Below are positions 62,137-64,000 of a stretch of DNA of 64,000 nucleotides, one piece after another. Source of the stretch: a virus; IMG/VR virus record IMGVR_UViG_3300038379_000741, positions 12,941 through 76,940 of that record, one strand, 5' to 3'. Within the stretch, counting starts at the first letter, position 1, and the number at the start of each line of letters is the position of its first letter. The notes beneath the pieces are model-generated. The model saw nothing but the letters and a program-made list of their open reading frames with translations, was not told where the DNA came from and did not search any database. Position numbers and translations under genes: made by a program.

Positions 62137-63822
62137 ATGACGCACCGGAAGGTACCACCAGCCGCCATTCGAGGATTCGGCGGCCTCACCGCCGCCCAGC
62201 AGCAGTACTTGGCGGACCACTGCATCAAGAGGCCCGTGTGGCTCGCCCAGTCTGCCTGGCACATCCGGTTCGACGACGGCGACGACCTTGCCGACGGCAA
62301 GACGTACACGACGGCGCTCAAGACGCTCGGCGAGCTGTTCCGGCGCGTCGGGCGAGACTTCCGCCCACCCCAAGACGTCGACGTCTTTCTCTACGGCGAC
62401 AACACCCCGGAGGACCCCTGGGACGCCGAGTGGAACTGCAACGTCGTTCGCTCGCCGGTTCTGTTCATCCCACCCGCACTGCCCGTCTACCCGCTCCGAC
62501 AGGCCCGCATCCACGCGATGACGTCGCGGATCTACTACTCCGGAACCCTCACGGCCGTGCAGGCCATGGATTGGACGACCAACACCCCGTACGTCGTCAC
62601 CGACCCGAACAACAAGGGCGCGAACGAGACGCCGCCGGTCGCGCCGCCCGACGACCAAACCTTCTGGTACAACGCGCAAACGGACTGGTTCGATCGGGTC
62701 CGCGGCGGCAACCATGACCAGCAGCGCATCCGCGTCATCGGCGGCCCGCGGGCCGGCGCGGTCTCTTGGACGGCCGCCGCCAACCTCGCCGGCTACGGGA
62801 TCTTCGGCGGAGGGCAGAACGGATCCATTCGGACGAGCAACTGGAGCATCTCGGTGCCGTTCGGGTACACGGCCGGGTTCGCGGCCGTCGGGATCACCCC
62901 GGTCGTCCCGCAGGTCGGCGACCCCTACGTGCTCGAGGACCTCCAGCTCCTCTACATCGACCGACTCGTCGCCAAGGGAAACGGTGACTTCACGGGCTCG
63001 GGCCTCGCCTTCAACGGGTTCAACTTCCGCCTCGCCAACGGCGGCGACTCTCAGAACCCCAGTAACCAGCCCCCGATCGTCGTCGACGGCGGCTCGCTCG
63101 TTTTCGTGAACTGCAACTTCGACTTCAGCGTCAACGTCTACAACGGCTCGGCCACGTTCGCGGCCTTCTCGTACTTCGTGAACTGCTCCGGTATCGACGG
63201 CATCTTCGTCGCGGGAGGCGGCGTCTGCTACGTCGACGCCGGCCAGTACCACCTCGCGCTCGGGGCCTCCAACGCCGCCACGATGATCATCGACGGCGAC
63301 GCGATGATCACGACCGGGGCCATCTACGCGCAGCGCCAGGGTCAGGTGTGGGTCTCGTCCTGCCAGATCTGGGACATACCCGGGCACGCCCGCAAGGCCG
63401 GTGTGCTCTGCTTCGACTACGGTACCGTCTACTTCTTCGGGAACGTGTCCTTCTACGGCACGAACCGACTCTGGGGCGTCGACCAGACCGGTCAGGGACC
63501 GCCGTTCGTGTCAGGACGCGCGTACGCGGTCGCCGCCTTCGACGGCGGGCGGTTCTTCTACAACGAGGCTGTCGCCAACATCCAGAACATGATGACGATC
63601 GACGGGCGCTCGAAGTGGTTCGGGATCGGGAAGTCGTGGACGCGCGGCGAGACCGCCCAGTCCGTCGATCCGACAACCGGCGCGCTCACGACCTTCCGTG
63701 ACACCACCAAGGCCAACCTCTTCGCCTCCGTGGCGAGTGGCGGCTTCGGCGGGCGCGCCGTCGACGTCGAGACTCAGGGCCTCATCGCTCCGTACACGTC
63801 ACCAACCGCACCGACGGCGTAG
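62137..63822 (+). CDS. Tail spike / receptor-binding protein candidate 2 (561 aa)
   Basis: GDDLADGKT...ALKTLGE and VGDPYVLED echo candidate 1, with a beta-helix-like C-terminus. Confidence 0.6.
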   Translation: MTHRKVPPAAIRGFGGLTAAQQQYLADHCIKRPVWLAQSAWHIRFDDGDDLADGKTYTTALKTLGELFRRVGRDFRPPQDVDVFLYGDNTPEDPWDAEWNCNVVRSPVLFIPPALPVYPLRQARIHAMTSRIYYSGTLTAVQAMDWTTNTPYVVTDPNNKGANETPPVAPPDDQTFWYNAQTDWFDRVRGGNHDQQRIRVIGGPRAGAVSWTAAANLAGYGIFGGGQNGSIRTSNWSISVPFGYTAGFAAVGITPVVPQVGDPYVLEDLQLLYIDRLVAKGNGDFTGSGLAFNGFNFRLANGGDSQNPSNQPPIVVDGGSLVFVNCNFDFSVNVYNGSATFAAFSYFVNCSGIDGIFVAGGGVCYVDAGQYHLALGASNAATMIIDGDAMITTGAIYAQRQGQVWVSSCQIWDIPGHARKAGVLCFDYGTVYFFGNVSFYGTNRLWGVDQTGQGPPFVSGRAYAVAAFDGGRFFYNEAVANIQNMMTIDGRSKWFGIGKSWTRGETAQSVDPTTGALTTFRDTTKANLFASVASGGFGGRAVDVETQGLIAPYTSPTAPTA

Positions 63823-63829
63823 GTGCCCC

Positions 63830-64000
63830 ATGTCCGCATCGTCGACCCAGAAACCGCGCGTCCTCATCGTCGACGACGAGCACGCCATCAACGTCGCCTT
63901 CGACCGGCTGTACGGCAACGGCTGGGACGTGGAGACGGCGACCGACCCCGTCATCGCGCGCGAGCGGCTCCTGTCGCCCGAGCTGTTCGACGCCGTCCTC
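63830..64000 (+). CDS. Response regulator receiver domain protein (3'-truncated)
   Basis: Translated by hand as MSASSTQKPRVLIVDDEHAIN...WDVETATD...FDAVL. Confidence 0.8.
   Translation, partial: MSASSTQKPRVLIVDDEHAINVAFDRLYGNGWDVETATDPVIARERLLSPELFDAVL

Noticed and set aside
1-64000. tRNA, rRNA, integrase, DGR/reverse transcriptase, anti-CRISPR calls
   Set aside because: No supporting motifs were recognised by eye. tRNAscan and HMM searches would be needed to exclude them formally.

Overview
The whole window reads as part of a large, GC-rich, tailed-phage genome (a myovirus with Mu-like head, tail and baseplate genes). Almost all genes are on the + strand. No integrase, tRNA, rRNA or host housekeeping block was seen. 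A myxobacterial-style lipoprotein and a receiver-domain gene hint at a Myxococcota-type host (inference). Positions 1-21.4 kb hold early, nucleotide-metabolism and accessory genes: a likely thymidine-hypermodification pair (amino acid:DNA transferase plus 5-hmU DNA kinase), dNMP kinase, dCMP deaminase, an orphan adenine methyltransferase, a UDG-like protein, a mini-intein and a short beta-clamp-like protein. These are driven by four repeated sigma70-type promoters. Positions 21.7-63.8 kb hold terminase, portal, a head-decoration block, a Nudix/protease/scaffold polyprotein, capsid, contractile tail, baseplate and fibre genes. The standout is a compact phage-borne CRISPR system at 5796-7792. 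It consists of a 519-aa Cas12m (type V-M/V-U1)-like effector with a degenerate RuvC and no Zn finger, followed 19 bp later by a leaderless array of five identical 36-bp repeats plus degenerate copies, with no cas1/cas2 in the window. The first 22 nt of spacer 3 match this phage's own tail gene exactly (56734-56755). All family assignments come from motif recognition by eye, not from database searches.
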